A stretch of 64,000 bases of DNA from Octopus sinensis (lineage: Eukaryota): the NCBI RefSeq assembly GCF_006345805.1, contig NC_043021.1, positions 26,040,001 through 26,104,000 of the forward strand, written 5' to 3'. Each line of letters opens with the position of its first letter. The stretch's first letter is position 1. The notes under the pieces are model-generated. The model was not told where the DNA came from and searched no databases. It worked only from the letters and a program-made list of their open reading frames with translations. This document shows, one piece after another, positions 48,000-62,948 of the stretch. The position numbers were made by a program, and so were the translations under genes.

Positions 48000-49350
48000 A
48001 ATGAATAACAGCCAAGTGTCAGGTGTGGCCGTCTCCTCTTCCATTTATCACATCCTGGATGGGCCACTGGGTCATAAGTTGGCAGAGTCAAGAGGGTGTC
48101 TGAGTCTGCTCGTGATTACACAGGCACCTGGCACAATTAGTGAAAGCATGTTACCAAGCCAGACTCATTTGCAGACGACAGCTGGCTGTAATGCAGTGTG
48201 ATGGTTTGGTTACAGTTTGTGAGGGAGTGTGCAGCATGCCAGACACGGGATAATTGAGGGAATGTCTACAGCAGTAATATCTGGACCAAATCAATTGAAG
48301 AAAAATTTATATTTATAGAGGGAAGACTATGAAGAGCCACTGGAAGGATGCTTGAGGGTCGCTGACAGCCATGGGAACTGTGGTTAAGAGCCCCTAGTCT
48401 CAGGTGACAATCTTTTTAGTTGCTGGGGTCTAGAGGAAGAGGCAGCACACATGGTGTTTACTGGCCCTCCTAGAGCAGTGAGATTGATACCATTAAGGGT
48501 CTTCTGGGACCATTGCCAGTTCAACATCTGTAGGAAAGAGACAAACAGGGAGAGAGTTTTGGAGGGATGACATCCTAGGGACAAAGGAATGGACTTAGTG
48601 GTTAGTTCAGAGCCTGGAATGGGTAGGGAGGATCAGTCAGACACAGTAAGGATAGTGAGAGAGGGGACAAGTTGGATAGGAATGCTTGAGTGTGGGGATG
48701 GGGTGGAGATGAGTTTGGCCAACTCTAATGAGTATAGTAGTGGTAGAAGAGGCCAAGAAAGGGGGGACAGCATAGGGAGCAAATATGTTTGTGACTTTGC
48801 AGCAGAACTGTACAACATGAGGGAGAAATACTCTGTTGTGGCTCCAACTGAGCCTTGCAGAGAATTGGTTACTTTTGGAACCTGAAGTGATAATTGGCAG
48901 GACCAAAGGGGCTCATCTTTCTTGGGAATGGGCCAGACTGTAGCATGTCTCTAAACATCAGGGCAGATCCTTACAGAGACGGACAAATTGAAGAATTTTG
49001 ATGAGTACAGGGGTGAAGTGTTTGAAGGTAAAAGAAGGCCATCATTCGGGTCAGTGACGTTGTTGGTCTGAATCTGGTCATCTTGTGTTGGTGGACAGGT
49101 GGGAGCATAACGTAAGGTGTAGGAGTCTGGACAAGCTAACCATATTGTGTGAAACTGTGGAGTCTAAGAGTTTGGTGATATGGAACTCGAACATTTATTA
49201 AAGCAAACACAGTATTTGGTGGCTGAGAAAAATCTAGAAAGGATTGTCAGACAGCGTCGTGGTTCCAGCAGACAAAATGGAAAAGGTGATATTGCGTGGG
49301 ATTGTGCAGGATGAAAGGCTGGCTGGGTTGTGCTTTGGTCAGTAAAATGG
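48000..49350 (-). mobile_element. Decayed CR1/L2/Jockey-group LINE RT fragment
   Basis: SKFFNLSVSVRICPDV*RHATVWPIPKKDE resembles the RT start (KLFNLSL..G.FP..WK.A.V.PIPKK); a LYKY motif near 48300. Confidence 0.55.
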
Positions 49351-50044
49351 TTTAGGCAGAGAATCTAGAGATTGATTTTCACACAAGACACAAACAGTGC
49401 AGTTCTAATGCAATGGAATGCAATATTTGGGACATTTAGTCAATGTCTGTCAGTTGAAGAGGAATATTAGTGAGTGAGTGTCAACACACTGGACCGATTG
49501 CAATGTTCCCAGAATGGCAGTCAATACGGCTCTGGAATATTAGTTGAAAATATGCTTCCTTTTCTTCTTTTTTTTTGTCCAAAAACCTTTGGAGATATTA
49601 TGGGGTACATACAGAGAGTATATTCAATGCTACATTACTTCCTCAGTTCCTGTAGCTATGAGGAAACAGTAGAAAATCATCTGATAATGTTATCAGAGAC
49701 AGACTGGTACCACATTCAACTAACACCAAAACAAAAATCAAAAAAAAAAATCACAGAGTCCTGTCTGGATCCACAATCTGCCCAACAAACCATAAACACA
49801 GAACGCTATGTGGATGGATGCAGACCACCCAGATGATGCCAAAGGGTAAAGTATGGTGCTTCAGAACTCTGCAACCCAGGCCCCCACAAACACCCAAACA
49901 CATCCACATCCCAGGACACAACAACATCCTAAAAATTCTACTTCATCTACTTGGTCTAGATACGCAGAAAAAGAAAACATACACACACTAAAATAACTGC
50001 AACATTAAGGGCTTCGCTGGCCCTAAATATTAGGCTGGAATATT

Positions 50045-50860
50045 ATCATCATTTATCGTCCGCTTTCCATGTTGGCATGGGTTGGACAGTTTGATTGAGG
50101 ACTGGCGAGCCAGATGGTTGCACCAGGTTCCAATCTGATCTGGCAGAGTTTCTACAGCTGGATGCCCTTCCTAATGCCAACCACTCCGAGAGGGTAGTGG
50201 GTGCTTTTACGTGCCACCGACACGAGGGCCAGTCTGGCAACAACCACACTCAAATGGTATTTTTTATGTGCCAGTAAGAACGACGCTGGTAACGATCACC
50301 CGAATGGTGCCTTTTATGTGCCACCGGCATGGGAGCCAGTCAGCAGCCCTGGCAACGATCACGTGCGGATGGTACTTTTAATGTTCCACTGGCACAGGTG
50401 CCAGTCAGGCGGTGCTGTCATTGGCCACGTCAGTGAATTTGATTTTGATTTCACTTGCCTCAACAGGTCTTCACAAGCAATGCATAAGTGGGCTGGTTAC
50501 GCCCCTGGCATAGGCCATGAGGTTATGGTCTCATTTGGCTTGCCGAGTCTTCTCAAGCACAGCATATTTCCAAAGGTCTCGGTCACTAGTCATTGCCTCA
50601 GTGAGGCCCAATGTTCGAAGATCGTGCTTCACCACCTCATTCCAGGTCTTCCTGGGTCTACCTCTTCCACAGGTTCCCTCAACTGCTAGGGTGTGACACT
50701 TTTTCTCAAAGCTGTCCTCATCCACTTGCACCACATGTCCACACCAGCAGTCATCTCTCTTGCACACCACATCTGATGCTTCTTAGGTCCAACTTTTCTC
50801 TCAAGGCGCTTACACTCTGTCATGTATGCACACTGACATTACACATCCAGCAGAGCTGGC
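50045..50860 (-). mobile_element. Truncated RTE copy
   Basis: ORF EKKCHTLAVEGTCGRGRPRKTWNEVVKHDLRTLGLTEAM nearly identical to 42180-42345; full modular 3' UTR. Confidence 0.93.
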
Positions 50861-51479
50861 CGAATCTCCAGGAACACAAGAAAAGATTTCACAGCAGAGT
50901 CCTTGGCTGTGCAAAAACATAACTAGTAAGATGAATTTGTGATCAGCACCTCACATCCTTCATATTATAGAAATGCTTACTCGGGGTTGACTTGAAGAGC
51001 TACCCAACAACAACAGCTGTTATTTATGGATGTCCTGTAGTTTTAGGTGGACGTAGCATGTTACAATCTATATTGCTTAATAGCAGAATAGAAGTTTCTG
51101 TCCATAACACTCAAACTGAATCCAGTTCACTCCATGTATTCTAACGAGAAGTAGAAAATGTCTCACAAACAAGAGACACTGGTAACCGTGCGGACAGTTT
51201 CAGATTTGTGGAAAAACAAATTCTTCATTTTCTACTTGAAGTTAATATAAACCATGTCTGCCTGAAAGGAGAATTCTCAGGATGCACCAATATTTCAAGC
51301 AGTGGTTAGTTTAAGAGTTTTCCTACTTGTGAGTCAAAAGTTCCTGGCCTCTGGCTCAAACAGGTGGAAGAGCAGTTATATTTATTTCACATCTTGTCTG
51401 AATGTCTGTGCTTTGATATTCCAAGAGATCTGCTCAGTACCCAACCAATATTGATTGACAGCAACACACACCGGAAGAG

Positions 51480-54210
51480 TTTATCAAACACACTTCAACA
51501 TCTCACCAGAAGTGGTTATTCTAGTGACTGCAAGATGTCAGGAGGTGGGCCAAATTACTAAATTTCTTAGACGATGTATCTATGGAACAGAAAGTGGCAA
51601 CAGACAATATGGAATGTGGAATTGGATAAATCTGACAAAATTGGAGACAGGGCAAGATGAGGGTAAAGTGTTTACTCAGAATTTGGAGAGAAATATGACT
51701 AAGGACAATGGTAAGACCAACAGCTGATAGCTGTTAGCAGACCAGGTGAAAGTGTTTGCAACTCATCAAAAACACCAGAGGAACCTCCTTGCTTACCTCT
51801 TCAAACTAGGGCTTGTAATAAACCCAGTTTCTCAGATCATTGGGGGTTTACTGAAAACACCTACAAATAGTGCCAAGCCTTGTCTGAAATGCTCACTCAC
51901 ACACATGTTCTGACCGTTTTCAGGTTTTTTCACCTCTTTGTATGAGACCCATGAAGTTTGTTTCAATAATAAAGTTTCTAAATTCCTTTTTAACAATCTT
52001 TCCCCACTGTCTCAGCCTCATCTTCAGGCTATGAAGTATTGGTGGCTTCTGCACTGCCTCTTTTACAGTCAACAAACATATAGGAAATATACACTCAATC
52101 TCGCACACACACAGGGCTTCTTTCAGTTTCCATCTCTCAAATTTCACTCACAAAGTACTGGTGAACTTGTAGAAAATAGCAGCCAACAGCACCCTCATTG
52201 TGGGACTGAACCCCAGCCCACGTATATCCAAAGTGAACTATTTAACTACACAGCTGGAGAGGAGTTGGAGTGGTTGAGCTAGTGACCACCCTTAACTACC
52301 ACAATATGGAATGGCTCACCAGTTCCACAGAAATTGGAAAGATGCTACACTGATTTCACTGTAAAATGAGAAAAAGGTGCCAAGTGAAATTATGGTAACT
52401 TTCATGGTATTTCCTTTCTAGGAACTGTTTTTGGGAAATATTCACCCAATGTTTATTGGCTCAGCTGCAGATATACATGTACTGCTCCATCATTATTCTG
52501 GAGTCTGTGTGTGGATGTAAATCTAACAAAAAACATCAGAGAGCTGGTTTTTTAGCATCAGACAGTTTCAGGAGAAATGCGCAGAGCAGAGACCTTCACC
52601 ACTTTTCAACAGGATTTTGGAGATCTGATAAAAGTGCCTGACCCTGGAGATAGTAATGCTGTGGGGAGAATCTTGGACAAGTTGGGGAATTCACCTGAGT
52701 TTGTCGACTTGCTGATTTAACTACCCACTACCTCAAGCGAAATGTTGTTACCACTTCCAGTGGATAACGGGGTTAAACAAGGAGATAGCAATTTTGTTCA
52801 TCATCAAGCACGACCTTCGAACTTTAGGTCTCACCGAAGCAATGACTAGTGACCGAGACCTTTGGAAGTATGCTGTGCATGAGAAGACCCGGCAGGACAA
52901 GTGAGACCATAATGCGTGGCCACTACCAGGGATGTAGCCAGCCCACTTATGCATACCTTTCCTTCTTGGGACACAAAACTGCTTGCGAAGACCTGTCGAG
53001 GCAGGTGAAATTGAAAACGAAATGCTCAAAAATCAATGGAAATTGCAGTTGTGATACCAGTGCCGGTGGCACATAAAAGAACCATCTGAATGTGGCCGTT
53101 GCCAGCGCCACCCCGACTGGCCTCTGTGCCAGTGGCACGTAAAAAGCACCATCCGATCGTGGCTGTTGCCAGCCTCGTCTGGCACGTAAAAAGCACTCAC
53201 TACACTCATGGAGTGGTTGGCTTTAGGAAGGGTATCCAGCTGTAGACACACTGCATGATCAGACTGGGTCTAGTGCAGCCTCCTAGCTTCCCAGACCCCA
53301 GTCAAACCGTCCAACCCATACTGGCATGGAAAGTGGACATTAAACGATGATGATGATATTCTTTGCAATGGTAATTCTTCAAACATTTAAAAACAAGGCA
53401 TTTTTGTCCACAATTCCACAACACATAAAACTGTTTAAGCTGAAGGGATTCAAAGCTAACTCAAAGAGTATAATTCTTGGTGAATTGTAGTATGCTGAAG
53501 ATTGTGTTCTTGCGGCTCACTCAGATATTCAGAAAATAAGGAACCACACCTCTAAATGTCTGCACTGCTTTTGGATTACAATAATCCAGAAGAAGATTAA
53601 AATAAAGATTACACCTGCTCTAGGTGAAACATATGTGGAACCAAGATCCCAATTTGATGTGGTGTATTCTTTTGTGTATTTTGGTAGATTTATCTCCAGG
53701 AATGGATCTGGAGATACCAAAATCAACTGGAATATTAAGAAGACTTTAATTGCATTTGAGATAATGGAGAAACAAGTCCAGTCAGACAAGGAACTGAAAC
53801 TGTCCGAGTTTTGCCTTTATGATGCTTACGTCATCATATTCTTGCTATACTCTTCTGAGGCAGATACCCTGTACTGAAGACACATCAAAATACTTGAAAG
53901 GTTTTACCGAAAGTGTCTAAGACGTATATTAAACATCAGTTGGTCATTTTTTTACACCTGGCACAAAGTTCACCTAATCAAGTATCATATATGATGGGTT
54001 AGTCATGTGATCCATCTTTGTAATTTCAAACTTCCTAAATGATTACTTTATGGAGAATTTGTTCCTGGCACACGTCCCAAATACAAACCAGGAAAAAAAG
54101 AAGAGATTTCATGGCCTAAAAATCAAAGTTACGGCCTTGAACACTGACACCGTTCATTGGGAACAACTCACATTGAACAGACGTGAATGGTAATCAATAA
54201 TGTGGAACCA
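51480..54210 (+). mobile_element. Old RTE-BovB-like LINE relic, interrupted by a SINE (about 52090-52260) and an RTE copy
   Basis: Decayed RT motifs by hand translation: RQFQEKC, NGVKQG, KLFKLKGFKANSK..GEL*YAEDCVLAAH, VYFGRFISRNG, HIKILERFYRKCLRRILNISW, LLYGEF...RP. Confidence 0.85.
52806..53357 (+). mobile_element. Truncated RTE copy nested inside an older BovB-like LINE
   Basis: Starts aagcacgaccttcgaactttagg (KHDLRTLG) and ends (GAT)n. The host RT frame LFI|IFFAM rejoins across it. Confidence 0.92.
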
Positions 54211-56599
54211 CAATAACAGCAATTTGAGAAATGTGAATTAAGCACCAAGTAGAGACAAGCAACAGCCCCAAACTGCTGGAAGTTCTGCATGAAAGAGATA
54301 ATCTCATCAGAACACTCTTTGGTCAGACTTTCAGAAGGAAGACTTTCTATCTCTGAAAGGGTCACATAGCAGGAGACCAAGATGGGAGGTTTTACACTCC
54401 AAACAGTGCCAACAGCCTCAGTGGAGCAATGCTGTCTTTTATGTCTAAAGATGTATTTTGTCTGTTTTGGATGAATGCACAAAGATGGCGCCAGCATTTG
54501 TGCAATTCTTCACAATATTACGTACAACATTTTTCCTCAAAAGATTTGAGACCAAACTGGTTGATCTGAGGGCCGATGGTAGAAATGCTGTCGTCTCTGT
54601 TATAGGCAGATGTCTATGATGCATAGAATTTCAGAAAGTCTGAAGGAAAATGGAAGAGGTTGACACAAACTGATTCCTTTAATTCAGGAACTCCATTACA
54701 ACTTTCAGTTTACATCTCCTTTCAGGACTTTATTTTTCTGTCTGTACCCCTAAGGGATCTCAGACCCAGACTTTTTTTTTATTTATGCATTATTTTGGCT
54801 TGTACCAGTCAAATTTGATAAAGATTCACAGAAGTGGTGATACTGTTTGAAGACAAACATTGTTTAAATTTATATTATACACACATACATGCATGCACAC
54901 ACACACACACACATACATGCACACACACACACGTATCCACGTGCTGTAGCATTTCTGTATGATCTTGGTTCTGTGTCGGTGTGATTCTGTTACAATTTTG
55001 AACACAGAATTTTGAGTCTTGGACTTTTGAATATTTGTAACTTTGCAACCCTGCAGATTCCTTCCTGATAACAGTTGGTCAAGCTAGTGACTTGTGTTTT
55101 ATTTATATTTCTAAATGAATAGATATGTTGGTAGAACCCCGAGTTTAAAGGTGTTCTCTGTTAAACCCATGTAGCATTTAGTTTTTGTTTTCAATGAGGA
55201 TTTTTCTTTTGTTTCTGACAGATACTCAAGTGGACAATTTTTAAGCTTGTTACCATTGCATTTTCAGCATTAATACTACATGTGTAGGAAGGTGAGAAAG
55301 TTTGGTATGCACCTGTAATAGTGTTTACCCTTATTTCGGCTGAATAGTCTAAGAGTTCTCTGGTTATTAGAGAAAAAAATTAACCATAACCATACAAATG
55401 TTTGATTTGATAGAAAATTTGAAGCTAAAATCTTTGAACATATCAATTAGGCTCTTCTTAGTCCAACTTTTATTTAGGGACAAAATTAATTTGTCAACCT
55501 TGTAGCATCTGGATTCTAGTTTCTTAAATTTTCTCCTTGAAGCACCCAGGACAAATAATTGTATTAAATTGAGTATCTGAGCTTTATGAAAGTAATCTAT
55601 AGGAATGTCAAATATGTTTGTGCCATTATGTGTGACCCAGAACGAGTTGTCATGGTCAATGTGTTGCTGAGAGTGAAGGCATAAAGTAAGAACAGTTTAT
55701 TGAAGGGTGTTGATGATGATGATGTTGATGTTATGTAAATTTAGACTTGGCTTGCATGACATTTTAACTTTAACTGGCATTCCGTCAGTTGTGACAATGA
55801 CGGTGCCAGTCGAGTCAATCAATGGAACAGCCTGAAATTAGCGAGTCTAGGACATTTACCCCCACCCCATGGATAATAACCCCCACCAAGGACAACAGAT
55901 GATGATTTAAAATTTCATGATATATTGGAGAGGGGTAATTAACCAAGCAGGGTAATTGGCCTAGGGTAACTGTCTTGATACGGAAATTAACATGCAAGTG
56001 GCTGAATGCTCCACAGACATGTGTCGGCTAAATGTAGTTTTCAGGGAGATTCAGTGTGACACAGTGTGTGGCAAAGCTGGCCCCTTTGAAATACAGGGAC
56101 TACTCAATGTTACCAGAACCACTAAGCCACACACCTTCACATTTTTGAACCAATCAAGGATTAAAGTGTTCGAATTAATCTTAAGGGGATTGAAAGCTGA
56201 TCCCAAAATGCTGAGCCTTAGCATGGAGATAACAGGGAACTGAGATGTATAATGCAATGCTGTAGTCAAGAAGTCCTGCCCACCACAACAGAATTGAGAT
56301 CCTAAAACTAAGGTGCCATATAAAAAGCACTGGTGTGGGCCAAAGTGTGAAGTGGTTGACATTAGGAAGGGCATCCAGCTGCAGAAACCAGACCCAAAAA
56401 AGACTGTGGAAACTGGTACAGCCCCTGTCCTTACCAGTTCCTGCCAAACCGTCCAACCCATGCCAGCATGGAAAACAGACATTAAATGATGTTGATGTCG
56501 ATGGTAAGGATGACAAGCTGCCAGGCATTCTTCAACACTGTCATCTTCCTTAAAGCTAGAAGTGAAATCTTTCACTCCATTGTTGTAGTTAGAGAAGTG

Positions 56600-56960
56600 T
56601 AGTGTTTGTAGGTTTCACAGTCTTATAAACGCTTCTTGTTTTACCAAATCCAAGATGTACGTTTTTGGAATTATGGCAAAACTTGCAGCCGACAAATCAA
56701 ACATCTTGAAAGTTATTAGAATGTTGTTGGAAATATTTACCTTTCTCATCATATTGAGCTGACCGATTTCCAATGCTTCTAATGTCTGGTTTTCAAGTGA
56801 GTACCTCCTTGCCCTGAAGCCACATTTGATGTTTGTAGACTCATCCTGTATTTCCTTCTTGAAGACACATAAATTCCAATACATGAGTTTAATCGGATGC
56901 TTGGTCTTGTAGACAAATTCCTTATTTGATTCCTGGTGGAACCAACACCCAAAACTTTTT
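56600..56960 (-). mobile_element. Decayed LINE RT fragment
   Basis: CGFRARRYS...FDLSAASF resembles GFR..RST...D...AFD of RT domains 2-3. Confidence 0.4.
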
Positions 56961-58685
56961 ACAACTCTTCAGTCATGGAAATATTCATAACTATGTACAC
57001 CTGAAATATACCAAAACATGAATTATATCATTGAGAGAAAATTCTTTAATTCTTTGACTAGTTTTTTTCCAGCTCAAAAGCTGTGGCCATGCTGGGGCAC
57101 AGCCTTGCTTTTATGTAGTTTTACTTCCTTTATCTATATATCGTATTTTGTATTCTTTATTTTGTGTGTGTGTGTGTGCGTGTGAGGAAATGATGTGGGA
57201 CCAGGAGTTGTGGCTATTTGCTGCACTTGAAAAGACGCATCCAGCCAAGCAAAACTGCTGCCATCCATCCATACAGGCTTGTCCATTACAGGTGCCAGTG
57301 CCAGCGCTGCATGAATGCACCTGTGCCAGTGGAATGTAAAAGGCACCCAGCCCACTCTGTAAAGAGGTTTGCATTGGGAAGGGCATCCAGCTGTAGAAAC
57401 CATGTGAAAATAGATAATGGAGCTTTGCCAGCTCCTGTCAAATCGTTTGACTCATGCCAACATGGAAGATGGATGTTAAGTGATGATGACAATACAGATA
57501 TAATCCTTTCTACTGGAAGCACAATTTGGGGGAAGGGATTAAATCGATTACATCGACCCAGTGCATAACGGGCACTTATTTAATTGACCCTGAAAGGATG
57601 AAAGGCAAAGTCAACCCTGGGCGGAATTTGAACTTAGAATGTAGCAGCAGACAAAATACTGCTGAGCACTTTGGCCGACCTGCTAACGATTCTGCCAGTT
57701 CACCCACCTGATGATACATATATAATATCGAAACACTCTACACACTCTGACATTCCATAAAACAAAAATAAGATTCATTCTTTGTCTGTGGCTTGGTACC
57801 AGACCATCCAAGGTCTGGCGCTGACCTATGGCCTGATGGTTGGAGACCCTGAATCTAGAGTACAGCTATGTAAATAAAACTATCCACCATAGAAGGCATG
57901 ATTACTAACTGCCCTATTTAGCAGTTGAATAATCTATGCTATTGGATAGGGAAGTGGAGAGAGAGAGTACATCTTCCCTGAGGAGTGAACAACAGATTCT
58001 GAAACAGTTTGTCAAGAGACACCATCCCAGGGTGTTCTTCTGCACATTGACAAGAAGAAAAGTATTTATATTCGTGTAGAGTTCACCATCAAAGTTAAGG
58101 CTTTCTAATATTTCATATTTATTTCAGTACTTAGGATTCCCAATATCTTGTGGTTAAGAGAAATATATATATATTTCTCATCTCATTTCATCTTCTTTGA
58201 CCCCAAAACCCTCCCAGGATTAACTGGGCAGAATCCTCATACACACCTTCCATCGAGTCCTGCCAGAAGCAACAGCCTCCAATTAATCCAGTTGGATCTC
58301 CAAGCAGGACCAACCAAGCTCACAAACATAAATATCTGTTGACAGGAAGAGCATCCAACCCTAGAAAATCTGTCTTAACAAATTCCAACCCACACAAGCA
58401 CAGAAAAGTGGACATGAAAACTAAAGAAAATATATACACACATACTCTCGTGTGTGTATATATACACACACACACACAAAGGTTTGCTGAAAAGTTCCTG
58501 GTTTTAAGGGTATCATGAAAGGCCTGACTGGAAGCCCAACCTTTGAAGTCCTTTTACAAGGCTTAGAAAAACTGAAGGACCGCCGCAATAATTGTGAATC
58601 TGAGAGGGGAATGTGTTGCACAAAATCATAACTGATCCTTCCGTATTTCCTTTTACCCAAAGCCAGGAACTTGTCAGCACCCCCT

Positions 58686-58733
<48 letters not shown>

Positions 58734-59798
58734 TAGCAAGAGAGAGAGAGAGAACGAGAGAGAGTGTATATGCAAGCTTATGTGTCTATATGTTAAAGTG
58801 TGTATGTGTGCATAGACAGGAAGAGGAGGCAAAATGAGTAATTTCTGATTTCTCATTTTCTTCCTACCTCTCTGAAACCATTGTGATGCAGGTATGGCAT
58901 CATCTTTGAGAGCAAATATTGGTCAGCATGGTGGTTGCTGTGGAGAGAATTTGGAACGTAGTCGGATGAGAGAAATTTTTCCTCAACTTTGACCCATTTG
59001 TAATTGAGGTTGCTAATAAAGCATCTGGATAATTTTTGATGTTTAATGATCTATATTCTTTTCTGCTGTATTCAAAGCGAATTTTTCTCCCAAACTAATG
59101 TCTAATTTGATAATTTTCAAAAAATTATGTTGAAAATGAGATAAAACGAGTAATGACTCATTTCAATAATTTCTTCTCTTTAATTGCATGCGGCATAAAT
59201 ATATCAGGAACTGAGCCATTCCAGCAGATTGTGAAGAAGCTATAATAGATATTGTATGCCGAGTTTCATATTATGTGCCATTTTTCCATGATCCTCTTTC
59301 ATTTGACCTAAATATTTGAAATTTTTTATCTCTCTTATCTTATAAGGATGGATATTGATATGTGTGAGAATCTTTTTCCAAATGTAATTTTGAAGAACAA
59401 AAAAAAAAAAAAGATTTACCTTAATCTAGTTTTGCTCAATTTGCCCCACCTAAATTTGTCTTTTGTCTGCTCAAAGAGAACAGCGCTTATTTTCTGATAA
59501 AGTGTTTTGAATGCATTCAGACAAGGATTATTTGCTCAGCTGAATTATTTTTTTGTAGTGAACATTGGTAAAACATTTTGTTTGTTTTCTCAAAGTAGTA
59601 AATCTGACTCATTCTGCCCCCCCCCACACACACACATTATGGCTACATCAAGTTATGGAATTTCACACTTACAGAAATTTCAAAGAATAAACCTTTAATT
59701 TTGGGATATGGTGTGTAATTTCACTCTTATGTTAATTTGTATGTTAATTAAGACCAAAATATATCGTTAATGATTTGGGAAACTATCATCACTTGCAT

Positions 59799-60350
59799 AA
59801 TCATCGTTTAATGTCCATTTTCCCTGCTGGCATGGGTTGGACGGTTTGACCAGAGCCAGTCCGCAAGACAGCTGCACCAGATTCCAGGCTTTGTCTGTTT
59901 TGGGTTTGGTTTCTATGGCTGGGTGCCTTTCCAGAGTGCACTAGGGCACAGGTGCCCTTTTACGTGTCACTGGCTACGACCATCATTTCCCTTAGGTTGA
60001 CATGTCTTCTCAAGACAGCAAAATGCCAGAAGTTTCGGTCACTTGTCTTTGCCTCCATGAGAAGCAACTACTGAAGATCATATTTCACAACCTGGTCCCA
60101 CATCTTCCACGGGTCCCCTCCACACTTCTTTACACAGCTCTTCTCACCCATACACATCACATGACCATACCAGTGCAGTCTTCTCTCTTGCACATCACAC
60201 CTGATGCCTCTTTATACCCAATTTTTTCTTTCAGACAAGGATTACACGCTGTCATACACGCACACTGACATTGAACATCCAATGGAGCATACTGGCTTCA
60301 TTTCTTTCAAGCTTTCCTCTGTCCTCTGCGGCCACAGCCCATGTTTCACT
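59799..60350 (-). mobile_element. Truncated, decayed RTE copy
   Basis: agtgaaacatgggctgtg (SETWAV) at the 5' end; family 3' tail at 59799-59830. Confidence 0.85.
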
Positions 60351-62090
60351 GGGGCTGAAGGTAATTGTGTGAAAAGGAACTGTAAAGGGATTCCACTGGA
60401 TACTAAACTTGAGGTTTTAAAAAGACTGGATGCAGAAGTAAAACCAAGTTATATTGCCAAAATATTTAATCTTGGAACATCTACAGAGAGAGAAAATGAA
60501 GTCAAGTGCTGAGGAAGCTGCTGTTCCCTTTCTGGGCCTTATTTCGCCATCAATCCTTAGGAAGGAATAACTTTCGAGTGTATGAACTAAGGATCAGAAT
60601 CAGCATAAATGAGCTTAAAATTCGTGAAGACTTGCAGAAGCAGGGAGGTAAAACTTTTAATGAAAAACCCTTTGGAATCGGTCTTTGTGTTTTTGGTCTC
60701 TAAAGACTGGTTTGAAAAGTTAAAGAGCAAGAATTTGCACAAATGAAAATGACTGTGAGTGCTGATACAGAGACTGCTACTAATTATCCTGGCCAGTTGC
60801 AGAAAATGATTGCTGAAGGGGTCTACACACCAGACACAAGTATACAATGTGGATGGAACTGCACTTTTCTGGAAGCGCATGTCAGCTAGAACATATTTGC
60901 TTCTCTAGAAGTGAAATCAAAAACCAGGATTTAAAGCTTCCAAAATTCGTCTGACACTTGTTTTGGGAGGAAATGGTGCTGGTAATATGAAATTAAAGCT
61001 CCTACACGTGTATCCTTCAGAAAATCTAAGAGCTTTCAAGGGCTACGCAAAATTTAATCGACCTCTGATTTTGCATTCAAATAAGGAGGCATGGATGGCT
61101 AAGAGCCTTTTCAAAGAGTGGCTTACAAATGTTTTTTTGTCCTGCAGTGGAAAGGTACAGTGCCAGATATAATATTCCTATCAAAGCCATTGCTTCTTTT
61201 AGACAATGCACCAAGCCAGCAACTTAGATGACCTTTCTGATAATATACACTAGAATCTCCCAAGAATACAACTTCTTGGCTCCAGTCCATGGATCAAGGC
61301 ATATTAGAGGAAAAGAACCTTCAAACAACTTATGAAAGCAACTGACAGGCAAGATAAAAGCCATTTACTCTTTTACTTGTTTTAGTCATTTGACTGTGGC
61401 CATGCTGGAGCACCACCTTTAGTCGAGCAAATCAGCCCCAGGACTTGTTCTTTGTAAGTCTAGTACTTATTCTATCGGTCTCTTTTGCCGAACTGCTAAG
61501 TTATGGGGATGTAAACACACCAGCATCGGTTGTCAAGCGATGTTGGGGGGGACAAACACAGACACATACGTATACATATATACGACAGGCTTCTTTCAGT
61601 TTCCATCTACCAAATCCACTCACAAGTCTTTGGTCGGCCCGAGGCTGTAGTAGAAGACACTTGGCCAAAGTGGCATAGTAGGAAAAATTCAACATAATGG
61701 ATGCTATGGATAAAATGGCTGAGTCATGAAACTTTCAACTTTGAATGGTGCTTAGGAAAAAAGTCTATGGTCAGCTGTATCCATAGAAAGTCTACATGAA
61801 ATGCAGAAAGATATGCCACTTGCAAAGGATGTAGGATCTGAAGAATAGAGGATAATTTGTGATTGAGTTGCTAGTGTACCTGAGAGGAAGTTTATCAAAT
61901 GAGGAACTGATGCTGGTGGGAAAAGGACAAGTTGAGAAGACAGACGAGACAACAAAAATCTATGCTAAAGGGTTGGCACTTATGGAAGGTCTGCAAGATT
62001 TTGTTGATGATGATGATTGGAACCGTGACGGCAACAAAAATTACGAGGGGAGTTCAGTTCCTATACTGAGCTGTACAAAGAGATGATGAA
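60351..62090 (+). mobile_element. Tigger/pogo-type (CENP-B-like) transposase relic, interrupted by a SINE at 61368-61675
   Basis: N-terminal HTH IPLDTKLEVLKRLD...IAKIFNLGTST; DDE-region LGGNGAGNMKLKLLHVYPSENLRAFKG...SNKEAWM...LFKEW; LLDNAP and LQSMDQG-like motifs. Confidence 0.85.
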
Positions 62091-62654
62091 CTTTGGATTA
62101 AGTTCTTCATCCCTCAAGTTGATGTTCGTGATAATAAGGTGTAAAATAGTAAATACAGTTCCTCGTCCTCCGAGCAACGTTCATTCCACCACCACCACCA
62201 TCCCTCACACAGTAATCAATGTTTTGTGGTAAGACCGTATTCTTACAATATTACGATTCTTATTAATTCCAGAACTTATTCCTCGTGAAATGTTTTTTGG
62301 GGTTTTTTTATGTTCTTGTCAATCATTCGTTTATTTTCCCGAAAAACTCCGACGAACGCAAACTCACTTCATAATAGGAGAAGTCAAATGGCAAATAGGA
62401 ATATTAATTTCGCGTTACGGCCAAATTTTCAGGAACGCATTATTTCCGTAAAGCAAAGGATTCCTGCATATGTTTGCGTGTTGTGCATATATACTTGTGT
62501 GTATATACGCTTGTAAATGTGTGTGTGTGTGTGTGTATATATATACAATATACAAACGCATGTACATACAGGGCTATATATACATACACACACACACACA
62601 TGCCTGAACCCAGTATATACACAATACACAAAAGCAAAGTTTTCAAAGATCAGC

Positions 62655-62655
62655 T

Positions 62656-62691
<36 letters not shown>

Positions 62692-62843
62692 ATATATATG
62701 TATATATATACAAACATAATACATATATATACATACATAATACACACACACACATATATATATATACACATACATAATACATATATATATATACATAATA
62801 CACATATATATATATGTATATATATATATGTATATATATATAT

Positions 62844-62882
<39 letters not shown>

Positions 62883-62884
62883 GT

Positions 62885-62948
<64 letters not shown>

